Under the pieces are notes generated by a model. That model searched no databases, had not been told where the DNA came from, and saw only the letters and a list, made by a program, of their open reading frames with translations. 64,000 bases of DNA from an uncultured virus (IMG/VR IMGVR_UViG_3300047094_001965) (lineage: Duplodnaviria > Heunggongvirae > Uroviricota > Caudoviricetes): IMG/VR virus record IMGVR_UViG_3300047094_001965; one strand, written 5' to 3'. Position numbers and translations under genes: made by a program. Shown in pieces: positions 1 to 8,793 of the stretch; within the stretch, counting starts at the first letter, position 1; each line of letters begins with the position of its first letter.

Positions 1-34
1 GCGGAGAAGATGATGAACCATTAAACCCACAACC

Positions 35-442
35 ATGAGAGAATTAAAATACCCCTGCACGTGCAGCAGTTCAATAGAGCGGTTAAATTGCAAAGAGAAT
101 TGCGACCATGTAACACAAAAGCAATCGGTGAAGATTAAACCAAAAACAATGATACCATTCGACTTAGAAAAATTTAAGCAAGGCGCAGTAGCTGTGGACA
201 TCTTTGACCGAGATGTTACTTTTCATTATGTTTGTAATGACGAGTACTTAGGTTACAGTTTTATAAAAGATGGTGAAAAGTGGAATGGTTCATTGCCGTT
301 GGAATCGGCTTTAAAGCGCTGGCACATGAAACCCCCCCCAAAGTGGATAGTATTCCGTGAGTTTGACAGCAAGGATGAGGCAAAGGAGTATGCGGAGTTT
401 TTTGGCTTAACAAAGGCTATCTGGAAAATAGAAAAACGATGA
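35..442 (+). CDS. hypothetical phage protein (PFDLE-type N-terminus; alternative start at 149)
   Basis: ORF with AC-rich leader; MIPFDLEKFKQG resembles the N-terminus of ORF 2369-2791. Confidence 0.65.
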   Translation: MRELKYPCTCSSSIERLNCKENCDHVTQKQSVKIKPKTMIPFDLEKFKQGAVAVDIFDRDVTFHYVCNDEYLGYSFIKDGEKWNGSLPLESALKRWHMKPPPKWIVFREFDSKDEAKEYAEFFGLTKAIWKIEKR

Positions 443-642
443 ATCAATTATCGCGCAGATGCGCAACCGGCATTTTTTACACAAAGTCCATTGACGAAAT
501 TCTTAGGGATAAGCCGTTTAATCCCCCATTAAAAAACATACAGATACGAGGACTATCCACCAGACCACTGCTTTTAGAGCCGGGTATTTTTGAAGCCATA
601 ACCAATCAGTTCACCGTAAAACCAGAGCATCCAGCTCAGTAA
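439..642 (+). CDS. hypothetical protein
   Basis: ATGA overlap with the upstream gene; fills the operon. Confidence 0.5.
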   Translation: MNQLSRRCATGIFYTKSIDEILRDKPFNPPLKNIQIRGLSTRPLLLEPGIFEAITNQFTVKPEHPAQ

Positions 643-651
643 ACCACCACC

Positions 652-1431
652 ATGGCACAAAACAGTAAAATACAGTGGACTGACCACACCATTAACTTCT
701 GGACAGGCTGCCACAAGGTATCCCCAGGCTGCAAATACTGCTATATGTACCGGGACAAGGAACGCTATGGCAAAGATCCCAGCGAAGTGATCCGCGTCAA
801 ACCGGCCACCATCAACAAAGTCCTGAAAGAGGCACAGCCCGGAGACAAGGTATTCACCTGTTCATGGTCCGACTTCTTTATCGAGGAAGCCGATCCATGG
901 AGAGAAGAAGCATGGGAGATCATTCGCAACAACCCACAGCTTACCTGGCAGATACTTACCAAAAGGCCGGAGAGGTTAAATCTTTGCCTTCCCAGAGATT
1001 GGGGATTCCATGGCTATAAAAACGTATGGCTGGGCGTATCGGTAGAGTCTCAGGAACAGATACACCGGATTGCGCAATTGGATCTTGTAGATCACTACCT
1101 CGATCACCACAAGAACTTTATATCCTACGAGCCAGCCCTTGGACCGCTTAACCTTATGGCAATTCCTGAGATAAAAGGATTAGGCTACAACGGAATAGAT
1201 TGGCTTATCGTAGGTGGTGAGTCAGGCAACGATAACGGCAAATACCTGTACCGTACCGCAGAACTGGAATGGTTCCACAGTATCCTTATGCAGTGCCGGG
1301 ATCTTGGCATCCCTGTTTTCGTAAAGCAACTCGGTACCGGCCTCGCCAAACAAATGGGCCTGAAAGATCGGCACGGCGGCGATATCTCAGAGTGGCCGGA
1401 ATGGCTGCAGGTAAGAGAATTTCCGAGGTAA
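652..1431 (+). CDS. phage Gp37/Gp68 (DUF5131) family radical-SAM-like protein
   Basis: SKIQWTD, GCHKVSPGCKYCY, ILTKRPER, NVWLGVSVE, WLIVGGESG, FVKQLG motifs. Confidence 0.9.
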   Translation: MAQNSKIQWTDHTINFWTGCHKVSPGCKYCYMYRDKERYGKDPSEVIRVKPATINKVLKEAQPGDKVFTCSWSDFFIEEADPWREEAWEIIRNNPQLTWQILTKRPERLNLCLPRDWGFHGYKNVWLGVSVESQEQIHRIAQLDLVDHYLDHHKNFISYEPALGPLNLMAIPEIKGLGYNGIDWLIVGGESGNDNGKYLYRTAELEWFHSILMQCRDLGIPVFVKQLGTGLAKQMGLKDRHGGDISEWPEWLQVREFPR

Positions 1432-1462
1432 AGACACATTTTGTAACTTCATATCTTCTGCT

Positions 1463-1963
1463 ATGACTGGTTATGCCGATAGTTTAAAAGAACAGTATAA
1501 AAATAGAACGGCTGGGAAAAAGGGAGCTGCTAACTCCCCGCATTATATAACATCTCGTATAATGCGGCTAATCTGGAAATTAGTTAGTACCAGCAGCGAG
1601 GGTGGAACTGGGACTCCCTCAAAGCATAACCACTTAGCAGAGAAGTACAACCCCACCACAGGCACACATTGCTGGTACTGCGACCGTATGTTCTACTTCG
1701 CCAGGTCCGTCCGCTTCCGCGGCATCCTGATCCGTACCAAAGAGCATATACAGCCAAAATCCCGTGGCGGCCACAACTACCTCATCAACCAGATCGCAGC
1801 CTGCCAAGACTGCAATCACCTCAAAGGATCCTTCACCCTAAAAGAATTCATCCACTTCCTCCGAAGTCAGTGCCCCAAGGAAATGCACACCTTCAGAAAA
1901 ACCATGATCACCAGAGCCTATAAGCTCCAAAACAAAAGGAAATTTCTAACCAAACAACCGTAA
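1463..1963 (+). CDS. HNH endonuclease
   Basis: CWYC...TKEHIQPKSRGG...N...ACQDCNHLKG. Confidence 0.8.
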   Translation: MTGYADSLKEQYKNRTAGKKGAANSPHYITSRIMRLIWKLVSTSSEGGTGTPSKHNHLAEKYNPTTGTHCWYCDRMFYFARSVRFRGILIRTKEHIQPKSRGGHNYLINQIAACQDCNHLKGSFTLKEFIHFLRSQCPKEMHTFRKTMITRAYKLQNKRKFLTKQP

Positions 1964-1966
1964 GCA

Positions 1967-2347
1967 ATGTCAAACAACAACGAACTAATCTCCATGCCCG
2001 ACTTCGTGGAGTCCATCAAAACAAAAGTCAAAGAGCAATTCATCAACGCCATCCCCGAGGACAAAATCAACGGCTTTATCACCCAGACCGTAAACGAGTT
2101 CTTGGAAAAGGAGGTGAAGAAGATCGTCACGGACGAATTGAGCCAGATATGCAAGGATTATATAAAAGAACATATGAGAGGATTAGCGGCTGGCAACAGT
2201 ACCCAAAACCCCATAACCAGCCAATGGGAATACACCGTAAACGAAAAGACCAAACAACTTCTCGTAGAGGTAGCGCCCGCAATGATGCAAAGCATCTTCA
2301 GCCAAATGGCCCAGCAGGTTTTCCAATCCATGGCTTACCACAGATAA
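1967..2347 (+). CDS. hypothetical protein
   Basis: co-oriented helical ORF within the operon. Confidence 0.7.
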   Translation: MSNNNELISMPDFVESIKTKVKEQFINAIPEDKINGFITQTVNEFLEKEVKKIVTDELSQICKDYIKEHMRGLAAGNSTQNPITSQWEYTVNEKTKQLLVEVAPAMMQSIFSQMAQQVFQSMAYHR

Positions 2348-2368
2348 CCACCAAACAAACAATCGCAT

Positions 2369-2791
2369 ATGGAACAACAGACCATCCCATTCAACCTGGA
2401 ATACTTCAGGGCAGGGAATAAGGCTTTCGTTAAAAAAGAATATTCAGGGGAACGAACCATTGAATACAAATGGGTGGCCGACACCCAAAGAACAGAATTT
2501 GTAGTTGTCCATAAATCGTTTGAAGAAACCCCGGGTTCGGGATTATGGGAAGAACAGTATTTCGCTATTGAAATTAAGGCGCTTGAAAACCACACCTATA
2601 TGCATCCCCCAGTATTCTACACCGCCGTAAATGCAAAGTTTGGAATACTCCCAAGCAGAGAGATGGCAGAACGGACGAAAGCGGTACTATACTCGAATAG
2701 TCCAAGTGTCATAATCATCGAACTAACCCACGAACAATACCAAGCTATCCAGGAAGAAATGAATAAAGCAACAAAACCAGAACAGATATGA
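2369..2791 (+). CDS. hypothetical protein (PFNLE N-terminus)
   Basis: AC-rich leader; similar start to ORF 35-442. Confidence 0.7.
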   Translation: MEQQTIPFNLEYFRAGNKAFVKKEYSGERTIEYKWVADTQRTEFVVVHKSFEETPGSGLWEEQYFAIEIKALENHTYMHPPVFYTAVNAKFGILPSREMAERTKAVLYSNSPSVIIIELTHEQYQAIQEEMNKATKPEQI

Positions 2792-3144
2792 CAAACATTG
2801 AGTTATTCCACCATTACGCAGGACACGCCTTACAGGCCTTATTGTCCAACTACAGAGAACAGCCCTTATCTATGCTTGACGGAGAAAACGCCGCTAAGGC
2901 TCAGTCACAAAGAAGAAGCCTTATGTACCAAGAGGCGCATGGCCACGCCTTTGGAATGATGAGGATAGCCAGGTATATGGCATGGCCTCGTGAAGATGGA
3001 GAGTTGCCAATTATGGACCGAATTGCGGAATTTATTGCGAAAAACGAAAAAGAAGGCACCTACCCTCTCCAAAACATAGACGCCGGCGGCGAAGTATGGG
3101 AAGTGCTGGTCACATTGAAGAAAAAAAACGATGGAACCGTGTAA
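2788..3144 (+). CDS. hypothetical protein
   Basis: ATGA overlap; followed by a terminator. Confidence 0.65.
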   Translation: MTNIELFHHYAGHALQALLSNYREQPLSMLDGENAAKAQSQRRSLMYQEAHGHAFGMMRIARYMAWPREDGELPIMDRIAEFIAKNEKEGTYPLQNIDAGGEVWEVLVTLKKKNDGTV

Positions 3145-3168
3145 TCCGTTCCCTACCCTATAAATCCC

Positions 3169-3198
3169 AGAAGGCCACCCCATAAAGGTGGCTTTTCT
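3169..3198 (+). terminator. intrinsic terminator
   Basis: AGAAGGCCACC-ccataaa-GGTGGCTTTTCT hairpin after the + operon. Confidence 0.65.
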
Positions 3199-3420
3199 CT
3201 TGGGTACCATGAAAATTGAAAGTTTGAGTTTCAGATTGCATGGTTATATGCAGTTTAGTATAGTTTATTGAAAGTTGCTACAACTATACGCGAACGGGTA
3301 TAACCTAACCCGCATTTTATTACACATTCGCCCCAAAATTGCCCTAATTCTGGGACACTGATACCGGAAAGTGCAGCATATTGCATTTTATCGTACCAAT
3401 AAATGTGTCAAACGGCGTGA

Positions 3421-3532
3421 CAAAATACCCCCCCTGTTTTGTCAAAGGGTTGGCACTATTCCCTATTTGCTGCCGAAAATTTGCTCACCTTATCAATTAG
3501 GCGAGCAAAATACCCCCACCGTTTTGTCAAAG
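3421..3532. repeat. 27-bp direct repeat x2 (25/27 identical, 85-bp period)
   Basis: CAAAATACCCCCCCTGTTTTGTCAAAG (3421-3447) and CAAAATACCCCCACCGTTTTGTCAAAG (3506-3532). Confidence 0.9.
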
Positions 3533-3571
3533 TGGTTATTCGGGAATCCCGAACACCCACTTTTGTATAAT

Positions 3572-3587
3572 AGTTCCACGTGAAACG
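3572..3587. promoter_or_regulatory. parS-like site
   Basis: aGTTCCACGTGAAACg versus consensus TGTTNCACGTGAAACA (14/16). Confidence 0.65.
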
Positions 3588-3644
3588 TGAATTAATTTGG
3601 CTATTGCGGCTAAATATATTAGCTTGGTGGGCTAAATGTGAATT

Positions 3645-4106
3645 ATGGAAGCCCCAAAGAGAACTATCCTGTACAATAAGGCGAGATCCACCGCCAAGGA
3701 TGACGACCTGTTCGATGATCCCAAGGAATCTAAGCCAGCAAAGCCGAAGTCCAAGGCTCCCCTACCGAAGCCAGCCAAAACCCAACCTGCCCGTAAAGCC
3801 GCTACTGAGAAACGGAACTATAAGGTGAAGGTGTCCCCAGTATTTAAAACCCTGGTGGCCACGGCCAACGCCCGACTGCAGCAAATATCCCTATCCCACT
3901 CCGACTTCCAGGATAAGATAGCCGAGGGCTGCCGGTACTGCAACGCCCCAGCTGTCACAGTTTCCCGGATCGATCCCGAATTTGGCTGGGGAAGGGAGAA
4001 TTCGGCCCCTATTTGCCCTATCTGTAACGGGATGAAGGGAGACATGGCTGAAAATGCCTTCCTGAGTCAAATACAGGCCATAGGAAGGGCTAATAAAATT
4101 TTGTGA
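3645..4106 (+). CDS. HNH-like Zn-finger protein with K/P-rich N-terminus
   Basis: CRYC...SRID...GW..EN..PICPICNGMKG; catalytic His not evident. Confidence 0.7.
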   Translation: MEAPKRTILYNKARSTAKDDDLFDDPKESKPAKPKSKAPLPKPAKTQPARKAATEKRNYKVKVSPVFKTLVATANARLQQISLSHSDFQDKIAEGCRYCNAPAVTVSRIDPEFGWGRENSAPICPICNGMKGDMAENAFLSQIQAIGRANKIL

Positions 4107-4540
4107 TATCAACTATCGTCCCTACATTCACACAGCCTAATACGAATTATATGGAAACGTACAAGCATTACACAAGCACAAACAACCCCTCCCGGTCCTC
4201 TATTTTAAGGGGTGTGGGGGTACGAAAGTGCAGTAACACGATAAAATCGAGGGGGCCTGGCGCCGGTGGGAAAGTCGAAATCCTGGCGGGGTGTGGGGTC
4301 AATTTTCCGGTCAAATTTGCCCTGACGCATAATTACCATTATGTTAAGCAGAGCATTAAAACACTGGTTTTGAATGTGTTACGTATTACTGCACCGTATA
4401 ATAACACAAAATCCGTGGAAAATACCACGTTTTCAGGGGGAAATCCAGACCAAACCAGCCACTCAGCGGAAATGCAAAAAAGATCATTCCCCAGCAATAT
4501 TTGCCACGTTGTTGCATATTAACAGTAACAGGACCTTAAT

Positions 4541-5032
4541 ATGTCCAAATTAGCCGCATGGACGAATATATCCTCCAAAACCACATTTTTACGGCATTCC
4601 CTTAAATTAGCTATCTATTGCGGACGACTGGCAGACAGCAACCCCCAGTTAAAACACTTCAGCCTATTATCTGTATTCATCCTTTTTAGCATCTACAAAG
4701 ACAACCTAACCTCATTGCAGGCAATGCACGCAGTTTTGAAACGCTGGCATATGCACACCCATAAACAGACCATTGATAAGCATCTAACTATGTTTATTGC
4801 CGCAGGTTGGGTAACAAGATCAGGCACAAGATCAGAATTTCGCAGGTGGTATAGATACAGTATAACTGCCGAAGGTGTTCAGTTCTTAAAGGACATTGAT
4901 AGGGCTTGCCGTAGTTTAGTCATACCCAAATACAAAGACATCGTTAATACCCGAAGGTTGAGCCTTGCATATTACCACCGCAATAAAGATAAGATCAACG
5001 AAAAGAGACGCAAAAAGCCCCCAACCGGTTAA
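4541..5032 (+). CDS. putative winged-helix DNA-binding protein
   Basis: TIDKHLTMFIAAGWVTR...YRYSITAEG MarR/PadR-like pattern; basic C-terminal tail. Confidence 0.65.
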   Translation: MSKLAAWTNISSKTTFLRHSLKLAIYCGRLADSNPQLKHFSLLSVFILFSIYKDNLTSLQAMHAVLKRWHMHTHKQTIDKHLTMFIAAGWVTRSGTRSEFRRWYRYSITAEGVQFLKDIDRACRSLVIPKYKDIVNTRRLSLAYYHRNKDKINEKRRKKPPTG

Positions 5033-5103
5033 ACCTGGCCACATATACCGCTTATAATTGCTATTTACCGTTCATCATTTTATACGACCGCCTGTCCCAT
5101 AGA

Positions 5104-5136
5104 TTTGCTTTTAGGCGAATGGTTACACTATATTTG
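5104..5136 (+). promoter_or_regulatory. Bacteroidota sigma70 promoter for the early region
   Basis: -33 TTTG (5104-07), 21 nt, -7 TATATTTG (5129-36); -7 box flanked by inverted repeat GTTACAC/GTGTAAC. Confidence 0.8.
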
Positions 5137-5161
5137 TGTAACAGTTCGTTATTAATGTAGA

Positions 5162-5189
5162 ACGGAAGCCCAACCGTATAACATAGGGT
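5162..5189 (+). ncRNA. leader H-type pseudoknot, copy 1
   Basis: ACGG-aa-GCCC-aa-CCGT-ataacata-GGGT, 8 nt before ATG 5198. Confidence 0.8.
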
Positions 5190-5197
5190 AAAACATC

Positions 5198-5419
5198 ATG
5201 CCTACTTTCCAGATCAAATTAAACGAAGTTTTGGACATCGTTAGCGTTCCCGATCATGTTTTAGATTCTATGCGCGACTGGTTAAAAGACTGCGAATTCA
5301 GAGAGGGTTTTGATAGTCACATAGATGTTGAGGACGCAAGAGATATTGTTATAATTGCCGCAGTCAACCGCCATTATGATGGAGGATACAAGGCTTTTTT
5401 AAATGATTACTACTTATAA
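5198..5419 (+). CDS. small acidic early protein
   Basis: first ORF after the promoter and pseudoknot. Confidence 0.75.
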   Translation: MPTFQIKLNEVLDIVSVPDHVLDSMRDWLKDCEFREGFDSHIDVEDARDIVIIAAVNRHYDGGYKAFLNDYYL

Positions 5420-5429
5420 CCCCCCAGCC

Positions 5430-5633
5430 ATGCACAACTTTAATGTACTGATAACCGACACAGACGGACAATCGTCCACTAATGATGCCCTTAACCTTAT
5501 CCGTATCAATACCGCTATAGATGTTGATGGATTGACAAGGGAGGACATACACGCTATTTTGAGCCTTAAACACGGAGAAGAATATAATTTGCCCGTTCAC
5601 TTTGGGTTCCTTATTATCAAACGCATTGATTAA
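5430..5633 (+). CDS. small early protein
   Basis: ATG at 5430 after an AC-rich leader. Confidence 0.65.
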   Translation: MHNFNVLITDTDGQSSTNDALNLIRINTAIDVDGLTREDIHAILSLKHGEEYNLPVHFGFLIIKRID

Positions 5634-5645
5634 TTAACCATAACC

Positions 5646-5674
5646 CCAGCCGCCCCGCTGGCTAAATATAGGGT
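5646..5674 (+). ncRNA. leader pseudoknot, copy 2
   Basis: CCAG-cc-GCCC-cg-CTGG-ctaaatata-GGGT, 8 nt before ATG 5683. Confidence 0.8.
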
Positions 5675-5682
5675 AATACCGT

Positions 5683-5886
5683 ATGCAACACATTACAGCA
5701 CTTTCGCTTGTTTTAAACGTTCTATTGATCATCCATGCCATTGGCAACTATTGGGAACGCACCCGCGCCCACCGTCTTAAATTAGCTAACGATGCTAAAA
5801 GGAAGCAAGCCACAAGGCAGCACGTTAATGCTTGTATTCATGTTTCCGCGTCCGCTATGAGAAGATATAACACGTCTAACAATTAA
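5683..5886 (+). CDS. small protein with N-terminal hydrophobic helix
   Basis: ITALSLVLNVLLIIHAIG. Confidence 0.65.
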   Translation: MQHITALSLVLNVLLIIHAIGNYWERTRAHRLKLANDAKRKQATRQHVNACIHVSASAMRRYNTSNN

Positions 5887-5892
5887 TTATAC

Positions 5893-5923
5893 GGCGGGGA
5901 ACGGGTTTACCTTAGTACCCGCC
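5893..5923 (+). ncRNA. leader hairpin with bulged-G (loop E/sarcin-ricin-type) module
   Basis: GGCGGG-GAA-c-GGG-ttta-CCT-t-AGTA-CCCGCC, 14 nt before ATG 5938. Confidence 0.55.
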
Positions 5924-5937
5924 ATAAATCTACAATT

Positions 5938-6750
5938 ATGACACTTAACGAAATAATGACAGCAATACAGGCAGGACATAGGGTATATTGGAGCAATGGA
6001 GCATACGAAGTAAAGGCCATAGGGGACAATACGAACCCGCATAATTACAATATTGTTTGCTCTATTAATGGTTCCGTTATTGGGCTAACATGGACAGATG
6101 GTAAGACCTTGAACGGCAAAGAAGGTGATTTTTTCATTGTGGGAAAGGCCGAAAGGGTTAAATCCTATTTTTCGTTAGATGATGCTTTTTTGCCTGTTAT
6201 GGGATACCACGACCCTAAACAACGCTGGAACGGGTTCGCCTGCCCTGCGTTCCCTATGGAATCCGTAGAACTTATTTTGATGTACTTAGGGCAGCCCGAT
6301 ACAGACGAGGACGGATCATATTGGGAACTTGTTAACGGGGAATTATTTGAAGTTTATTATGAAGCAGGCAAAGAGCAAGAGAGGACCAAAGAGGAACCTA
6401 TTATTGTTGATGGTATCCCCTGTTATAATGTTGGGGCATTCAATTGGGTTTGGAGCGAAGATAAAAGGGTAATGGAGTCAAACACCTTGCCGGATGTATT
6501 ACATGAATACCATCATCATACGCGCATGGCTAATGCCGAAGGTAGGGACTGGCAAAATGTAGGCATACGCTGGGAGGATAACGCCCACGATGATGGCAGG
6601 GGTGAGGATGTTTACCATGTAGATATTGAGGAGACAGGGGAAAACGAGGATAGCGCACTTATTGAAACTATCCAGTATTACGACCATGCGATATTCTTAG
6701 CCGACATGAGATTTTTAAACCAATGGGAAGCCATTGTATCGGAAGCATAG
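5938..6750 (+). CDS. acidic multi-domain early protein
   Basis: 270-aa ORF; RWNGFACPAF and YNVGAFNWVW segments typical of phage early proteins. Confidence 0.8.
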   Translation: MTLNEIMTAIQAGHRVYWSNGAYEVKAIGDNTNPHNYNIVCSINGSVIGLTWTDGKTLNGKEGDFFIVGKAERVKSYFSLDDAFLPVMGYHDPKQRWNGFACPAFPMESVELILMYLGQPDTDEDGSYWELVNGELFEVYYEAGKEQERTKEEPIIVDGIPCYNVGAFNWVWSEDKRVMESNTLPDVLHEYHHHTRMANAEGRDWQNVGIRWEDNAHDDGRGEDVYHVDIEETGENEDSALIETIQYYDHAIFLADMRFLNQWEAIVSEA

Positions 6751-6803
6751 GTTAACTGAAGAAGGTTGAATACCTGAAATGGGGAGCAATCCCCATATTA
6801 ACC
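6750..6803 (+). ncRNA. type I hammerhead ribozyme
   Basis: stem I GGTTAA/TTAACC; core CTGAAGA; stem II AGGT-tgaat-ACCT; GAAA; stem III TGGGGA-gcaa-TCCCCA; cleavage triplet AUA (cut after 6797). Confidence 0.9.
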
Positions 6804-6807
6804 AATA

Positions 6808-6835
6808 ACCCACGCCCGAGGGTATAACAAAGGGT
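6808..6835 (+). ncRNA. leader pseudoknot, copy 3
   Basis: ACCC-ac-GCCC-ga-GGGT-ataacaaa-GGGT, 8 nt before ATG 6844. Confidence 0.8.
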
Positions 6836-6843
6836 AAAGCCGT

Positions 6844-7350
6844 ATGATAGAAATCAAAGATTATTCAACAGACGTTTTACAATGGGCTAATCAGGTCAAC
6901 GAGATCGTGCCCGTATATAAGACCCGCCCATTCAGGACAGTAAAAGACCTGCCAAAGATAGAAAGAGAGACGGACGCCGTCCGCATGGCATACGCCCATT
7001 TTTCTAACCTACTCATTGGGGAAGTAGAGTATTTTGGTGTATTCTTTTTGAACAAAGGGCAAAAGGTGATCGGGTTCCAGTTAATCAGCCAAGGCGGCAT
7101 ATCGGGAACCGTAGCAGACCCCCGCGTAATAATGAAAGCCGCGCTATTAGTTGGGGCGACTGGTTTAATACTGGTTCATAACCACCCCAGCGGGAATCTA
7201 AAGCCAAGCCACGCAGATAGCGAGATCACAATAAAAATAAGGGAGGGTTGCAGGTTCTTTGATATACAATTAGTTGACCACATTATTTTACCAGGCACAG
7301 ACACAGACGGCACACAATTTTATTCTTTCGCCGAAAACGGACTTATATAA
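6844..7350 (+). CDS. radC: RadC-like JAB domain protein
   Basis: E...FLN...ISQGGISGTVADPR...LVHNHPSGNLKPSHAD...LVDHII. Confidence 0.95.
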   Translation: MIEIKDYSTDVLQWANQVNEIVPVYKTRPFRTVKDLPKIERETDAVRMAYAHFSNLLIGEVEYFGVFFLNKGQKVIGFQLISQGGISGTVADPRVIMKAALLVGATGLILVHNHPSGNLKPSHADSEITIKIREGCRFFDIQLVDHIILPGTDTDGTQFYSFAENGLI

Positions 7351-7360
7351 CCATACAAAA

Positions 7361-7388
7361 CCGGATGCCCGACCGTCACAAATAGGGT
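7361..7388 (+). ncRNA. leader pseudoknot, copy 4
   Basis: cCGG-at-GCCC-ga-CCGt-cacaaata-GGGT, 8 nt before ATG 7397. Confidence 0.8.
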
Positions 7389-7396
7389 AATACATC

Positions 7397-8737
7397 ATGA
7401 GCAAAGCAATTCGCACAACGTACAGAAATCTTTCAGGTTGGGACTGGGTAGTAAGAACCGACAAGAACAGCAGAGGCCAAATCGAATGTAGGGCAGACGC
7501 GCAGAAGATCAGTAAACCGGATGAAAACGGCCTTATTATTTCTGAATGGGGCATGGATAACCCCGCGCTATTATTAGCCCGTTCAGAGGGAGTAATGAGA
7601 GCCACAGAAAAAACACTATTGGAATACCACAGGTTGGGCAAGGCCAAATTTGAAGCCATGAGGGACGCGGGAGAATTGCCCGTAAACGAGACAGCCACAC
7701 CCGAGGAAAACACTTTGCCTATGTATTGTAAATTAATCGCTTTTGGATATGGCAATAGGCAAATACCGTGCGCAATAGTTGGAACCCATACAAACGCATA
7801 CCACGGAAGGACAGAGTACAAAGTTTTGGTAATGGATGGTGAAAATGTTCTCATCCATAACGTGGAAACCATTAAACCCCTATCTAAAAAATTTGGCGTA
7901 GGTACCTATTATTTAGACAGCCGCGAGACATATACAGAAGCGGAAATTTTGCCGATCGTAGTAAAAGCAGAGCAATTAGCCATTATAAGGGAACGCCAAA
8001 AACAAGAAGCGGACCAAAAAGAGGCAGAAATAAAAGCCCTGGGTGCGCAGCTTTATGCGGAGAAGGTGCCAAGTTGGGCTAAGGCCGTAATCATTGCCGA
8101 ACTGATGATCGATAATAGCGACCCACACAGCGACTATTTCCACGCTTCAGGGGACAGGGACAAAACCTTTATTTTGGCGTTCTCTACCTACACCCAGAAC
8201 AATGAACAGGAACTAAGATCCGCAGCGCTGAATTTTGAAGGGACCGCAGACATGGCTAACCAGGACACCGGCGAATTGTACAAAGGGCATAGTGCATACG
8301 ATTACCGTTTACAAACATCGTGGAGAAGTGGCTACCACGTGCGCAAACTCAAAATAGAGGGTTCATACGATAAGGGTATTATTGCCAGGGCGTTAGCACT
8401 GGGAAATAACTTTGCCCCCATTAACGAGCCGCCACAAGGAACCACAGTACCAGCAGCCGCAAACGTTCGCATTATCCTGAATGAGAAGCAAGGAGGCGTT
8501 GAAATCCACTTCACAGGAAAGCCGGAGAAAAGTATTTTGTCAGAACTGAAGGCCAACGGGTGGAGATGGGCGAAATTCAATAAATGCTGGTATAAACGAG
8601 ATACACCAGCCGCCAGGCAATTTGCAAGCCAGTACGGCACAATAGCAGGAAGCCAGGGCGATCAGGATCCTGCAGCTGGGATGATCCAGGCCAATGAAGA
8701 TGCCTATTTCGATAATTGGGCAGCTAATAACCTTTAA
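7397..8737 (+). CDS. multi-domain early protein, polyvalent-protein-associated type
   Basis: C-terminal GVEIHFTGKP...LKANGWRW...CWY domain seen in DUF3560/LPD-type proteins; SDPHSDYF motif. Confidence 0.75.
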   Translation: MSKAIRTTYRNLSGWDWVVRTDKNSRGQIECRADAQKISKPDENGLIISEWGMDNPALLLARSEGVMRATEKTLLEYHRLGKAKFEAMRDAGELPVNETATPEENTLPMYCKLIAFGYGNRQIPCAIVGTHTNAYHGRTEYKVLVMDGENVLIHNVETIKPLSKKFGVGTYYLDSRETYTEAEILPIVVKAEQLAIIRERQKQEADQKEAEIKALGAQLYAEKVPSWAKAVIIAELMIDNSDPHSDYFHASGDRDKTFILAFSTYTQNNEQELRSAALNFEGTADMANQDTGELYKGHSAYDYRLQTSWRSGYHVRKLKIEGSYDKGIIARALALGNNFAPINEPPQGTTVPAAANVRIILNEKQGGVEIHFTGKPEKSILSELKANGWRWAKFNKCWYKRDTPAARQFASQYGTIAGSQGDQDPAAGMIQANEDAYFDNWAANNL

Positions 8738-8747
8738 CCATTAACCC

Positions 8748-8777
8748 AGGGAGCCGGATATAATTGTCCGGTTCCCT
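8748..8777 (+). other. strong intergenic hairpin (processing, stability or terminator element)
   Basis: AGGGAGCCGGATA-taat-TGTCCGGTTCCCT. Confidence 0.6.
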
Positions 8778-8793
8778 TCAAACTCCCCACAGT

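Noticed and set aside
3371..3828. ORFs 3371-3583 and 3580-3828
   Set aside because: They run through repeats and parS or overlap the better ORF 3645-4106
4103..4522. 139-aa ORF
   Set aside because: GTG start, no recognisable motifs, spans the G-rich repeat region; probably non-coding
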